From positions 604,407 to 668,406 of the forward strand of contig JBEPZY010000002.1 of assembly GCA_041640595.1 (NCBI GenBank): DNA of 64,000 nt. The letters run 5' to 3'. The position numbers and the translations under genes are program-made. Below are positions 9,608 through 20,210 of the stretch, one piece after another. Every line of letters begins with the position of its first letter. The stretch's first letter is position 1. The DNA comes from Gemmatales bacterium. Lineage in GTDB: Bacteria > Planctomycetota > Planctomycetia > Gemmatales > HRBIN36. Below the pieces are notes generated by a model. The model ran no database searches, was not told the DNA's origin, and saw nothing but the letters and a program-made list of their open reading frames with translations.

Positions 9608-10061
9608 GTTGCGTTACAATGGGTGCGGGTGCGCGAGGTCTTGATCGAAGCCGAAACGGGCTCACCGAGATGAGCTACCCTAGTTGTAGCGGTTAGCAAG
9701 CCTCGCAAGGGTGGCACCTGTCGAACTGTTTGAAAGCGGGCCAGCCTGGTAAGTGACTGGACCGCAGCAGACTTGCGGCTCGCGTGTCACGTCGTGCTGG
9801 GGAAATTCCTCCGCCATCTCCGCTCATTGGCCTCTGCGGCGTGGGATGACAACCCACTGACAGTGGTGCATGCCCCATGCCTCGGAAAGCTGGAATTGGT
9901 CGGGATGATTGCGAACGGATCGCGGCGGACGGTGTCTCTCTTGGTGGCGGGTTTCGGTGAAGATTACTTTCGCGCCGGGCCAGTTGCAAATAAAAGAGGC
10001 GGCGGATAACTGTTTCGGTTTGGCTGAAGATTGCTTTTGCTTTCTCGCCCCCAATCGCTGT

Positions 10062-11069
10062 CTAACGGTGGCTGGCATTTGTTATGGGGATTTCTAAAAC
10101 CGGCTGCTGAGGGCAATCGGTGGCCACGCGGATCACGGCATTTTTCGGCACGTCGGCCTGCGCTTGCCGGCGGACAATGAGCAGATGAATCGGCTGGGGG
10201 CGATCGCTGACAGGCTCCACTTCCGTCCCTGGCGGTTTTTCGGCTATGGCCACGATCCGGAACGGCCGCAACCCTCGCAGGATCACCCGTTGCTCGGAAT
10301 CAGCTCGGCCGTTTTCCACGTACACTGCCGGTGTGGCAGACACTTCGATGACAGGGCGGATTTGCCCTTCCACCAGGATCGGAAAGACCGGCAACCCTGG
10401 GTCGTTGGTGGACAACGTCAGCACGGCCAGCCAATTACCCACCGGCGCTTGTTCGTTCAGTCGAATGGCGATCTGATAGCGAGTTTCTCCGGGTCGCCGC
10501 GAAACCAGCCGGATTTGCGTCGTCAGGAACGGGTAGGGGTTATGCCCTGCGAGTATTTGCCAGTCCAGAGAACCGGAATATTCCACTTCGACGAGGCGTT
10601 CGGCAGTTTCCCCAGCTTCCAGACCGGCAAAGCGAACCATGCCCGGACGGATGACGACATCCGGTCGGCTGACCGCCCGCACCTGCAATACCTCGTACCG
10701 TGATCCTGGCTGCAACTGTAACCGCACCGCCACCACGTTTTCACCAGCGAACTGTCGCGTGTCCATCTCCACCTCAACGTATCCGGATGCTCCCGGTTCG
10801 AGCGTCTGCGGAAGCAGTCGCACCTGCACGCTGTTGCTGCTCGTCTGCACCTGGGTGATGGTCACGGGAGCGGAAGTGGAATTTGTCCAGCGGAAGCGTT
10901 GAACCAGCAATGTTCCCATTGGCACGGGCCCGAAATCGTGCTGCGTTTTTTCAAACAGGCGGACGCTATCGGCAACGAGCAAGCCACTTCTGGCTACCAG
11001 CAAGAGCAATGCCATTACGGTCAACCATCGTGTTCCGATCATGCGTTTGTGCTCCCGTACTTCCGGCAT
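10062..11069 (-). CDS. DUF1573-like exported protein with tandem Ig-like domains
   Basis: Signal peptide; LFEKTQHDFGPVPMG...QRFRWTN...TLEPGASG; start may be 11042. Confidence 0.75.
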   Translation of the reverse strand: MPEVREHKRMIGTRWLTVMALLLLVARSGLLVADSVRLFEKTQHDFGPVPMGTLLVQRFRWTNSTSAPVTITQVQTSSNSVQVRLLPQTLEPGASGYVEVEMDTRQFAGENVVAVRLQLQPGSRYEVLQVRAVSRPDVVIRPGMVRFAGLEAGETAERLVEVEYSGSLDWQILAGHNPYPFLTTQIRLVSRRPGETRYQIAIRLNEQAPVGNWLAVLTLSTNDPGLPVFPILVEGQIRPVIEVSATPAVYVENGRADSEQRVILRGLRPFRIVAIAEKPPGTEVEPVSDRPQPIHLLIVRRQAQADVPKNAVIRVATDCPQQPVLEIPITNASHR

Positions 11070-11251
11070 AACACGATCATCGGCAAATTGGCTCGACTTT
11101 GTGCAGTCGGCTGATAGGGGTCACGCCAGGTTTGGCGGCATTGTCCCTGGCCCGGCAAATAACTAAGCTAAGCCGACCCATGAAGCCTGCCGCAAAACCA
11201 GACCCAGCGGAAAGTGCCCTGCGCTGTCGCTGACCGTCCTGGAGATCCTCG

Positions 11252-12754
11252 ATGAGCCAAGAACATGCCAGCGCTTCCCAACCTCCATCCTCCACCGGGG
11301 TACCGGAGCCACGTCCCTTTCGCGCTGTGGACTGGCTCATCGTCATCATCGCCGCCATCGGGTTTGCCTTTGATATTTACGAGTTGCTGATGATGCCGCT
11401 GATCGCCCGACCGGCACTGGCGGAACTGTTGCGGGTGGATCCGTACACGGCTAGCGGTAATGCAGAAATCCTGCGCTGGACCGGCTATATCATGTGGGGC
11501 AGCGCCATCTCCGGCGGCATTTTCGGACTTTTAGGAGGATATTTGACCGATTTGTTCGGTCGCCGGCGTGTGCTGGTCTGGAGCATTCTGCTGTATGCAT
11601 TCTCGGCGTTGGCGGCGGGGTTCAGCACCAGCGCGGAAATGCTGCTGGTGTTACGCTGCACGACGTTTATCGGCGTATGTGTGGAATTCGTGGCTGCGGT
11701 GGCCTGGCTGGCGGAGCTTTTCCCCAATCCTCGCCAGCGGGAAGCAGTGCTTGGATATACGCAAGCATTTTCCTCGGTGGGCGGCTTGCTGGTCACGCTG
11801 GCTTATTACCTGTGCGTGCAACTATCGTCGTGGCTGCCGGCGATTCATGGCGAACATGCTCCGTGGCGCTACACGCTGATTTCCGGAGTAATTCCCGCCT
11901 TGCCGCTCATTGTCGTGCGACCGTTTTTGCCGGAATCGCCGGTCTGGGAAAGCAAACGCCGACTCGGTCAACTCAAACGGCCGAGTGTGGCAGAACTTTT
12001 TTCGCCACGTTTTCGCCGCACCACTCTGGTTACGACCACGTTGTTCGCCTGCAGCTACGGGGCCGCCTTCGGCGCGATTCAATTGACCCCGCAAATCGTT
12101 CCGGGACTCGTGCCAGAATTGCCGCGGCTGGCGAAACTCCGTGCCGAACTCGATCAGGCAATCCGTCAGCAGGACAAATCCCGCGAACAGCAAATCCGTG
12201 CCCAGATGGAACCGCTTTTGCGAAAACAGGAGGAAACGGTTAGCCACGTCCAGTTCGCTCAGGAGATCGGCGGATTGTGTGGCCGATTCGCACTGGCCTG
12301 GCTGGTGGTGCGGATTGTCAGCCGGCGATTGCTCCTGCGCTTGTTCGTGATTCCAGCCCTGGTGGTCTTGCCGATGCTTTATGCCTTCCCGGCGGCGGGA
12401 CGCTTACCGGCATATAACCTGGAAATGCTCACCGCTGGCATTTTCCTGGCCGGGTTTCTGGTGGTTGGACAATTCAGCTTCTGGGGCAATTATCTGCCGC
12501 GGGTTTATCCAGTGTATCTGCGGGGCACGGGAGAAAGTTTCGCGGCCAATGTAGGCGGGCGAATGATTGGAACGGCAGCCAATCCGCTCAGTGCCATCGT
12601 CTTTGCCGAACTGTGGCGAAACCTCGCCACCGGTGCCACCCCGCCGCAAATCACCGCCTTTGCTGCCGCTACCACCAGCTTTGTCGTTTTTGCTCTGGCG
12701 CTGGTGCTGACGTTTTTCCTGCCCGAACCTCAAAGCGGTGCCGCCGACGATTGA
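11252..12754 (+). CDS. MFS transporter
   Basis: Motif A GGYLTDLFGRRRVL, PESP, VYPVYLRGTG; about 12 hydrophobic segments. Confidence 0.92.
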   Translation: MSQEHASASQPPSSTGVPEPRPFRAVDWLIVIIAAIGFAFDIYELLMMPLIARPALAELLRVDPYTASGNAEILRWTGYIMWGSAISGGIFGLLGGYLTDLFGRRRVLVWSILLYAFSALAAGFSTSAEMLLVLRCTTFIGVCVEFVAAVAWLAELFPNPRQREAVLGYTQAFSSVGGLLVTLAYYLCVQLSSWLPAIHGEHAPWRYTLISGVIPALPLIVVRPFLPESPVWESKRRLGQLKRPSVAELFSPRFRRTTLVTTTLFACSYGAAFGAIQLTPQIVPGLVPELPRLAKLRAELDQAIRQQDKSREQQIRAQMEPLLRKQEETVSHVQFAQEIGGLCGRFALAWLVVRIVSRRLLLRLFVIPALVVLPMLYAFPAAGRLPAYNLEMLTAGIFLAGFLVVGQFSFWGNYLPRVYPVYLRGTGESFAANVGGRMIGTAANPLSAIVFAELWRNLATGATPPQITAFAAATTSFVVFALALVLTFFLPEPQSGAADD

Positions 12755-12823
12755 CCCGACAATCACGCCGAAATATCCTGCTACCGTAGCAGCTATCGGA
12801 ATCGTCGGCAGGAGTGCAGGATC

Positions 12824-15800
12824 ATGGTATCGCGATATGCGTCAAGCTGGCATAGTCGGTTGATGCTCCTATTGCTGTCGGCGACACTGGCGGGATTGCT
12901 GGCTCTGTGGCGGTTCGGCTCAGCGCCTTCGGCACCACCAGACCGCCCCATGCCGGCAGAAAAAGTGGTCCGTGAGCTTTCGTTGCCCAGCGGTTTCGTG
13001 GCCACTGTGTTCGCTGCTGAACCGCAGGTTCGCCAGCCCATTGCCATGACCTTCGACGATCGCGGTCGGCTCTGGGTTGTGGAAAATTTCACGTATGCCG
13101 ACTACCGCACCAATTACGACCTGCGGCAGCGCGACCGGATTGTCATTTTCGAGGACACCGACGGAGACGGGCGGAGCGATAAGCAAACCGTTTTCTGGGA
13201 TCAGGGGCAGCGGGTAACCAGCGTGGCAGTGGGGTTCGGCGGCGTGTGGGTGCTGGCAGCTCCGCATTTACTGTTCATTCCTGACCGCGACGGTGATGAT
13301 CGCCCCGACTCCGAGCCAATCATTCTCCTGGACGGTTGGGATTACGGCCCGGTCCGCCATAACATCGTCAACGGTTTGAAGTGGGGTCCCGACGGCTGGC
13401 TCTACGGTCGGCATGGGATTCAGGCGACCTCTTTTGTCGGCAAACCGGGCACCCCACGCGACCAGCGTATCGCGGTCAATTGTGCCATCTGGCGTTACCA
13501 TCCCACCCGCCATGTCTTCGAGGTGGTCTGTCGCGGCACGACCAATCCCTGGGGCTGGGACTTCAACGAATACGGCGACATGTTTTTCATCAATACGGTG
13601 ATTGGCCACCTGTGGCACGCCATTCCCGGCGCCCATTACCGCCGGATGTACGGTGAAGATTTCAACCCGCATCTGTACGAGTTGATCGATCAGCATGCTG
13701 ATCATTACCACTGGGACACCTCGCTGCGTTGGGATCAGACGCGCGAACCGACGGGCCGTACCGACCAGCTCGGCGGTGGGCATGCCCATAGCGGTTTGAT
13801 GATTTATCTCGGCGATAACTGGCCGGAGTCCTATCGCGGTCGGTTATTCACTCTGAACCTGCATGGTCGCCGGATCAATCAGGACGTTCTGGTGCGACAC
13901 GGTTCGGGGTACATTGGTCGGCATGCCGCGGACTTCTGCCATTTCCCCGACCCGTGGTTTCGCGGCATCGAATTGGTTTACGGCCCGGATGGCGGCGTTT
14001 TTGTTGCCGACTGGAGCGACACCGGGGAATGCCATGAAGATGACGGCGTGGATCGCGAATCGGGACGCATTTACAAGCTCACCTACGGTCGGCCCAAACC
14101 GGTGGGAAAACTGGATGTATCGCGGCTGAGCGATACCGAGCTGGTCGGCTTGCTGGGCCACCGCAACGACTGGTTCGTTCGCCAGGCGTTACGAAATCTG
14201 CAGGAGCGAGCCGCTGCCGGTCGGTTGACACCGCAGACGGGCGAGTTGCTGCGGCAGCGGTTTCAGACCGAATCGCACACACCGCGACGCTTGCGTTTGC
14301 TCTGGGCACTTTACGTTACCGAACAAGCCGACGCCCGGTTTCTCAGTCAACTCCTGACTGACCCGAACGAATACCTCCGCGCCTGGGCCGTGCGTCTGCT
14401 GACCGACCGCGAACCTGTCCCGGCTGCGATTCAACAGGCCTTGCGGCAGTGTGCCGAGAAAGAGGATTCCGCATACGTGCGGCTCTACCTGACCGCTGCC
14501 CTGCAACGTCTGGATATTCCCGAACGACCGGCACTGGCCGAACCGCTTCTGGATCGCCTCGAAGCGGACGATCACAATTTGCCCCTGCTTCTCTGGTACG
14601 GTATCGAACCGGTGGTGGCGAAGTTTCCGGAGACGGCGGTATCCTGGCTGACGCGGACTAACTCAGCGAAACTCCGGCGGTTTATCGTTCGCCGTCTCGC
14701 CGCCGATTGGGAGGCCCACCAGTCGTACCTCAGCCGCGTTCTTGTCCTGGCTGCGGAGAAGGATGCGGCTTTTCAGGCGGCAGTGTTGCAGGGTCTGGAA
14801 GAAGCAATCCGCGGCTGGCAGAAAGTGCAACCGCCGCCTGCCTGGAAACAAGTGCAGGATAAGTTTCTCAGCTCGCCTCACAACGAAGTTCGCCAGCTGG
14901 CCCGGCAACTGGCAGTCGTGTTCGGCGATGGTCGCACCCATCAGCAATTGCTGCAAATCGTCAAGGACCAAAATGCCGATGGCGAAACCCGCCGCGCTGC
15001 TCTGCGGACGTTGTTGCAAAATCCGACGCCGGAAATGCGACCGGTGTTGAAAAAAATGCTCGCCGATCGCAGTCTGGCCGGGCTCGCCGCTGCCGGTTTG
15101 GCTCACTGGAACGACGACGACATTCCCCATCTGATCCTGAGGCATTACCAGCGAATTCGTCCGGAGGAGCGGTCGCTGGCCATCCAAACACTGGTTTCGC
15201 GGCGGAACTGGGCACGCATTCTGTTGCAGGCCGTCGCGGAAGGACGCCTGGCTGCCAGCGACATCAACGCCTACCAGGCCCGTCAGATCGCTGCCTTCGG
15301 CGATGCAGAGCTCACGAATTTGCTGCGACGTTACTGGGGCGAAATCCGGGCCCGGCCCGAGCAAATCCAGCAACAACTGGCTGACTGGAAACAACGATTG
15401 AAGCCCGATTACCTGGCGCAAGCGGACTTGCAACGGGGCCACGCTCTATTCGTCAAACTCTGCAGCAATTGTCATCGGCTGTTCGGCGAAGGCCAGACCA
15501 TCGGGCCGGATTTGACCGGCAGCCACCGCGACAACCTCGATTATCTTCTGGAGAACTTGCTCGACCCGAGCGGGGTAGTGCCTGCCGATTTCCGCATGTC
15601 CGTCGTCGAACTCAAGGATGGCCGGGTGCTGACCGGCGTGGTGGTCCAGCAGACCGACCGCGTGTTTGTGGTGCAGACCCAGCAGGAACGTGTCCCGATC
15701 GATCGCCAGCAGGTGCAGGCCATCCAGCCCACTAACCAGTCGCTGATGCCCGACAATTTGCTGCAGGGTTTGAGCCTGGAGGAGGTGCGCGACCTGATCG

Positions 15801-15832
15801 CCTACCTCATGTCGAAAAATCCTCCCCGCTAG
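12824..15832 (+). CDS. PVC-type membrane-bound dehydrogenase-like protein with HEAT repeats and C-terminal heme c (CxxCH)
   Basis: FAAEPQVRQPIAMTFDDRGRLWV, WGPDGWLYG, CSNCH, IGPDL, SLMP. Confidence 0.9.
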   Translation: MVSRYASSWHSRLMLLLLSATLAGLLALWRFGSAPSAPPDRPMPAEKVVRELSLPSGFVATVFAAEPQVRQPIAMTFDDRGRLWVVENFTYADYRTNYDLRQRDRIVIFEDTDGDGRSDKQTVFWDQGQRVTSVAVGFGGVWVLAAPHLLFIPDRDGDDRPDSEPIILLDGWDYGPVRHNIVNGLKWGPDGWLYGRHGIQATSFVGKPGTPRDQRIAVNCAIWRYHPTRHVFEVVCRGTTNPWGWDFNEYGDMFFINTVIGHLWHAIPGAHYRRMYGEDFNPHLYELIDQHADHYHWDTSLRWDQTREPTGRTDQLGGGHAHSGLMIYLGDNWPESYRGRLFTLNLHGRRINQDVLVRHGSGYIGRHAADFCHFPDPWFRGIELVYGPDGGVFVADWSDTGECHEDDGVDRESGRIYKLTYGRPKPVGKLDVSRLSDTELVGLLGHRNDWFVRQALRNLQERAAAGRLTPQTGELLRQRFQTESHTPRRLRLLWALYVTEQADARFLSQLLTDPNEYLRAWAVRLLTDREPVPAAIQQALRQCAEKEDSAYVRLYLTAALQRLDIPERPALAEPLLDRLEADDHNLPLLLWYGIEPVVAKFPETAVSWLTRTNSAKLRRFIVRRLAADWEAHQSYLSRVLVLAAEKDAAFQAAVLQGLEEAIRGWQKVQPPPAWKQVQDKFLSSPHNEVRQLARQLAVVFGDGRTHQQLLQIVKDQNADGETRRAALRTLLQNPTPEMRPVLKKMLADRSLAGLAAAGLAHWNDDDIPHLILRHYQRIRPEERSLAIQTLVSRRNWARILLQAVAEGRLAASDINAYQARQIAAFGDAELTNLLRRYWGEIRARPEQIQQQLADWKQRLKPDYLAQADLQRGHALFVKLCSNCHRLFGEGQTIGPDLTGSHRDNLDYLLENLLDPSGVVPADFRMSVVELKDGRVLTGVVVQQTDRVFVVQTQQERVPIDRQQVQAIQPTNQSLMPDNLLQGLSLEEVRDLIAYLMSKNPPR

Positions 15833-15857
15833 GCCAGCCGAATCCCCGCGGGTACGG

Positions 15858-15964
15858 GCACGCTGTGAACGTCACCCAAAAAGGTTTGCTGACACCTCGA
15901 CAACGCATAAACCTTCACGCAGAAGCACGCGGTGAATGTCACCGAAAAGGTTTGCCGAAACATC
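15858..15964. repeat. Two ~40-bp direct repeats, period 67 bp, between convergent genes
   Basis: GCACGCTGTGAACGTCACCCAAAAAGGTTTGCTGACACCTC vs GCACGCGGTGAATGTCACCGAAAAGGTTTGCCGAAACATC. Confidence 0.8.
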
Positions 15965-16084
15965 TGGCTCGCCAATGGTGAGGCTGTTTGCGTCAATCCA
16001 CCGGACCTGCGATGCCGACAAAGTGACGGCTCCAGTAACAGATGGGCCGGCTGTAGGTTACCAAAACCCGGGGAGCGTTGAGGT

Positions 16085-17101
16085 TCAGGTACGCCCATCG
16101 CGATGGGGCGTCGCCGAAGGTGAGGCTTCCGGCTGCCCCTTGAACAATCGGCGTTCCAGATGCGGATGGTATTCCGTCCAGGCTCGCTCCGGAAACCGAT
16201 CCTCCCGCAGTTCGCGCAAAATCATGTGCAGGCGTGAGTCGAGATGGTCGAGCAGATGCACGGCCATAGCTTCCGGGGTCATGGGCAGGCAAGGACTGCC
16301 GGAAGCCGGGTCACCGTGGTGGCTGACGATGATATGTTTGAGCCGGAGCAACAGTTCCTGCGGGATCGGTTCGCCGAGCAGCGTCTCTGCCTGGCGGGCT
16401 TTCTCATCGAGCAATTCCACGCCGAGCACCAGATGCCCGACCAGCTGGCCTTCGTCGCTGTAGCCGAAATGAGAAGCGTAAGTGAGTTCGCGGACTTTAC
16501 CGAGATCGTGCAAGAAAATACCGGCGAGCACCAGATCACGATCCACACCCGGATACAGGGGGCGATCGCCACCGAACAGCCGTTCGGCTGCCTCGAGCAT
16601 GGTCACGACGTGTTCGAGTAACCCACCCAGGTAGGCATGATGGACGCGGACACCAGCCGGGGCCTGCACAAATCCCTGCATGAGCGTCTCGTCCTGCAGA
16701 AACAGATTGAGCAAGGCTCGCAGATGAGGATTGCTGACCTGCAACAACTCCCGCAGCCGATTCCAGAGCACGCTCACCTCTTGTTCCGACTGCGGCAGAA
16801 AATCGCGGGGATCGTACTGGTCGGCATTGGCTGCGTGAATCTCCGTCAGAATCAATTGCATATTGCCCTGAAAGAGCTGGGCCCGTCCGCGGACGAAGAC
16901 GCATTCCCCTTCGCGGAAGGCCTGGAAATGTTCCTCCGTGGCATTCCAGAGCCGACCGATCAAACTCCCTGAGCGGTCGCGTAATTCGACCTGCAAATAT
17001 CGGCCTCCCTGGCGATTGGTGCGCAGGGCTTTGCTGGCAGCCAGATAGACATCCTCGACGGAATCGCCGTCGTGTAATTGCCGCAGCATACGATGAGGCA
17101 T
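16085..17101 (-). CDS. yhaM: 3'-5' exoribonuclease, YhaM family (OB fold + HD domain)
   Basis: OB fold (LRDRSGSLIGRLW); HHAYLGGLLEH, LHDLGK, SHHG, DHLDS. Confidence 0.88.
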   Translation of the reverse strand: MPHRMLRQLHDGDSVEDVYLAASKALRTNRQGGRYLQVELRDRSGSLIGRLWNATEEHFQAFREGECVFVRGRAQLFQGNMQLILTEIHAANADQYDPRDFLPQSEQEVSVLWNRLRELLQVSNPHLRALLNLFLQDETLMQGFVQAPAGVRVHHAYLGGLLEHVVTMLEAAERLFGGDRPLYPGVDRDLVLAGIFLHDLGKVRELTYASHFGYSDEGQLVGHLVLGVELLDEKARQAETLLGEPIPQELLLRLKHIIVSHHGDPASGSPCLPMTPEAMAVHLLDHLDSRLHMILRELREDRFPERAWTEYHPHLERRLFKGQPEASPSATPHRDGRT

Positions 17102-17333
17102 CGTCGAAACTCCCGGCTCGTCGCCGACATTGGTGAAAGCCCGCTGAGCTGCCCGAGCGGTGGCGATCACTGCATCGCTTTTCGCTGCCGCCAGACAGCG
17201 CGGTTGTTTCCTAGTATGGCATAAAAGGGTATGCCCGGAATACCGATTCCGTTATGGGCACGAAGCATTGTATGGCCCGCTGGTCAGGGTGAACCAGCCG
17301 ATAGCGGCTGCCCACATTCGGGAGTGCGAAAGC

Positions 17334-18209
17334 ATGCCATGCCAAGCGCTGGTCTGGCGAATCCGTGGCCGGGAATTTCACATTACCGACCGCCCCTTGC
17401 TTATGGGCGTGGTCAATGTGACACCAGACAGCTTTTCCGATGGTGGCCAATTCCTCGATCCCGACCGTGCGGTGGAACATGCCTGGCGGCTGGTTGAACA
17501 AGGCGCGGATCTGCTCGACATCGGTGGTGAATCCACTCGACCCGGAGCGGCACCCGTACCGCTGGACGAAGAAAGACGGCGAGTGCTACCAGTGCTGGAA
17601 CGGCTGTGTGGCTCGGTGCCGGTGCCGATTTCCATTGACACGTACAAACCGGCGCTGGCGCGGGAGGCAGTGGAGCTCGGCGTGGCCATTGTCAATGACG
17701 TTACGGGTTTGCGAGACCCGGAAATGGTGGAACTGGTGCGCGAAAGCGGTGCGGGGGCTATCGTCATGCACATGCAAGGCACGCCGCAAACCATGCAACT
17801 CAACCCGCAGTATCAGGATGTCGTCGGCGAGGTGAGGTCGTTTTTACAAGAGAGGTTGTCAAGTTTGCAATCGGCTGGTATAGGCGTGGAACAGCTGGCG
17901 ATCGATCCGGGGATCGGTTTCGGCAAGCGTCTGGAACATAACCTTCGCTTGCTGGCCGAAGGCCGACAACTGGCCACCCTGAACCGGCCGATTTGCCTGG
18001 GCGTGTCCAGAAAAGGCTTCATCAACCGCGTGGCGGGAGAACCGGGGTGGGCGGAGGCGGGCGTGGGCGGGACCATCGGCACGTTGCTCTTTGCCTGGAC
18101 GCAAGGAAGCGTGCATATCGCCCGCGTTCATGACGTCGCCGAGGTGCGACGGGCCTTTGCACTCTTCACGCGGTTGGAGCAACTGGCGCTGACCACCGAG
18201 CGGCAATAA
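17334..18209 (+). CDS. folP: Dihydropteroate synthase
   Basis: MGVVNVTPDSFSDGG, DIGGESTRPG, IDPGIGFGK, GVSRKGF, RVHDV. Confidence 0.96.
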   Translation: MPCQALVWRIRGREFHITDRPLLMGVVNVTPDSFSDGGQFLDPDRAVEHAWRLVEQGADLLDIGGESTRPGAAPVPLDEERRRVLPVLERLCGSVPVPISIDTYKPALAREAVELGVAIVNDVTGLRDPEMVELVRESGAGAIVMHMQGTPQTMQLNPQYQDVVGEVRSFLQERLSSLQSAGIGVEQLAIDPGIGFGKRLEHNLRLLAEGRQLATLNRPICLGVSRKGFINRVAGEPGWAEAGVGGTIGTLLFAWTQGSVHIARVHDVAEVRRAFALFTRLEQLALTTERQ

Positions 18210-18295
18210 CCGACCGAATCTCGCCAGCAACGACGCTCCGTGCTTTTCTAGTTCCGGAGCCGGGTCAGACAATTTTCACGCAAGCGGGGCCAGGG

Positions 18296-19093
18296 ATGGA
18301 ACGGATCCGCGACCTTTTCGACGGCATGGGTATTCGCGACGTTGTGGAAATTCTCATTTTGGCCGCAATCCTGTATGCGGTGCTGCGGTTTTTGGGAAAT
18401 CGTCGTGGGGCGGGACTGGTGCGAGGCCTGGCCATTGTCGTGGCAGGTACCCTGCTGGTTTTCCAGGTCATCATCATCAGTTTCGACCTGGCCGAGCTGA
18501 GTCGGTTCCTGGACTACCTGCTCAGCATTGCCCTGCTGGCGATCATTGTGATTTTCCAGCCGGAGTTGCGGCGAGGTTTGCTCATGCTGGGGCAATACAG
18601 GTTGTTGCGGCTCTTTGCTCCGCGAAGTGTGCCGATTGCCGATCGCCTGAGCGAAGCCGCTCTGGCTCTGTCCCGCGAATACACCGGGGCGCTCATTGTC
18701 ATCGAGCAGAACGTCAACCTGGAAAGTTACATCCAAACCGGAGAACGGCTGGACGCGGAGGTGTCGCCGAAATTGCTGCGGGCCATTTTTCACAAGCGCA
18801 GTCCGCTGCACGATGGGGCGGTGATTATCGCCGAGGGTCGCATCGCCGCCGCCGGGTGTCAGTTGCCGTTAGCCGATGCCAGCCGCTCGGATGTTGGCGG
18901 CGTGCATTTCGGTATGCGCCATCGGGCAGCGCTCGGTCTGAGCGAGGAAACCGATGCCATTGTCCTGGTAGTCAGCGAAGAAACCGGGCGGATTTCGCTG
19001 GCAATCGGAGGCCAGCTTCAGGTCGTACCGCGGGAGCAATTGCTGCAACGCTTGCATGGTGTGTTGCCAGGCATGATTGCCCTGGCGGCGTGA
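18296..19093 (+). CDS. cdaA: Diadenylate cyclase, CdaA/DacA type
   Basis: Three N-terminal TM segments, IFQPELRR, PLHDGAVII, GMRHRAALG, VSEETG. Confidence 0.93.
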   Translation: MERIRDLFDGMGIRDVVEILILAAILYAVLRFLGNRRGAGLVRGLAIVVAGTLLVFQVIIISFDLAELSRFLDYLLSIALLAIIVIFQPELRRGLLMLGQYRLLRLFAPRSVPIADRLSEAALALSREYTGALIVIEQNVNLESYIQTGERLDAEVSPKLLRAIFHKRSPLHDGAVIIAEGRIAAAGCQLPLADASRSDVGGVHFGMRHRAALGLSEETDAIVLVVSEETGRISLAIGGQLQVVPREQLLQRLHGVLPGMIALAA

Positions 19094-19127
19094 GTAGCGA
19101 GTGGCCACAACGCGAGGCAGAAAAATC

Positions 19128-20207
19128 ATGGCGCTTACCCAGCTGCGAAATCGGTCAGCACCGCCGCTGGATCAGCCGACCTGGTGGCAACGGCTCAGCA
19201 CACCGCTGGTGGCCCTGGGATTGGCTATGGTGCTCTGGATGTATATGCGCAGCCGCGATCTCGAAGTGCTCGATAACTATCCGGTGCCGGTGGAAATTAC
19301 CATCGCCCCGAATCAGGCGGAGTGGTACGAACTGGAGCTGGGCGGACCGAGCGAAGTGCGTATCAGCTTTACCGGACCACCTTCACGGATCCGCGAATTG
19401 CGAGCACGATTACAGAGTGGCCAGCTACGCATTCAACGCACGGTAAGTGTTCCCGAGGAGCGTCAGGGAGACGCTCGCTATGTGGATGTGTTGCGTATTG
19501 ATCCGCAGGACCTGGAGGGCCTGGCTGGTGTGCAAGCAGTGATCGCCGAAAAAACGAACCGCATCCCCATCACACTCCGCCGCATCATCGAAAAGCAGAT
19601 GCCCGTGCAATTCCAGCATACCGGTGGCGAACGGGTGGAACGTGTGGTCATTGAACCGAACACCGTGACGGTACGCGGGCCGAAAGAAGTGCTCGACCGC
19701 GAAGAGGTGATTCCCACCCAGTTGTATCACGTGCCGCTCCGCCTGGCCGACCAGCAGAACCGGCCCGTGGAACAAAGCGTCAGCGTGCCGCTCAGCAGTG
19801 AACTGGGCGGGCGCCCGGTGCGAGTCAATCCCGAGCGCGTCCAGGTGCGTTTCTGGCTGCGACCCAAACGGCGGCTAGTGGAACTATCCGATGTGCCGGT
19901 ACATTTTCTCGTGCCCGCAGGTTTTGCGTTTCGGCCGCAGTTCACCAGTCCTCGCGCTGGTCTGATCTCGCTGCGAATTCTGGCGCCGGCTGCCGATCCA
20001 CCTGCCGGCATCAAGGCCTACGTGGATTTCACCACGCCCGGCCGCACTTTTGTTCGCGGATTGTATCCGGAAGAAGTCATTTCTGTGCAGCTGCCACCCG
20101 GCTATGAACTGGCCCAGGAACCGCCGCGTATTTCCGTCGAACTGGTACCGCTGGAGACCGGCGTACAACCGGCTTCCGCACCGCTTCCGGCTCCGCGACT
20201 TCCCTGA
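19128..20207 (+). CDS. cdaR: CdaR/YbbR-like regulator
   Basis: Directly after cdaA; single TM segment (ALGLAMVLWMY) then YbbR-like segments (IEPNTVTVRGPKEVL). Confidence 0.75.
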   Translation: MALTQLRNRSAPPLDQPTWWQRLSTPLVALGLAMVLWMYMRSRDLEVLDNYPVPVEITIAPNQAEWYELELGGPSEVRISFTGPPSRIRELRARLQSGQLRIQRTVSVPEERQGDARYVDVLRIDPQDLEGLAGVQAVIAEKTNRIPITLRRIIEKQMPVQFQHTGGERVERVVIEPNTVTVRGPKEVLDREEVIPTQLYHVPLRLADQQNRPVEQSVSVPLSSELGGRPVRVNPERVQVRFWLRPKRRLVELSDVPVHFLVPAGFAFRPQFTSPRAGLISLRILAPAADPPAGIKAYVDFTTPGRTFVRGLYPEEVISVQLPPGYELAQEPPRISVELVPLETGVQPASAPLPAPRLP

Positions 20208-20210
20208 GCA

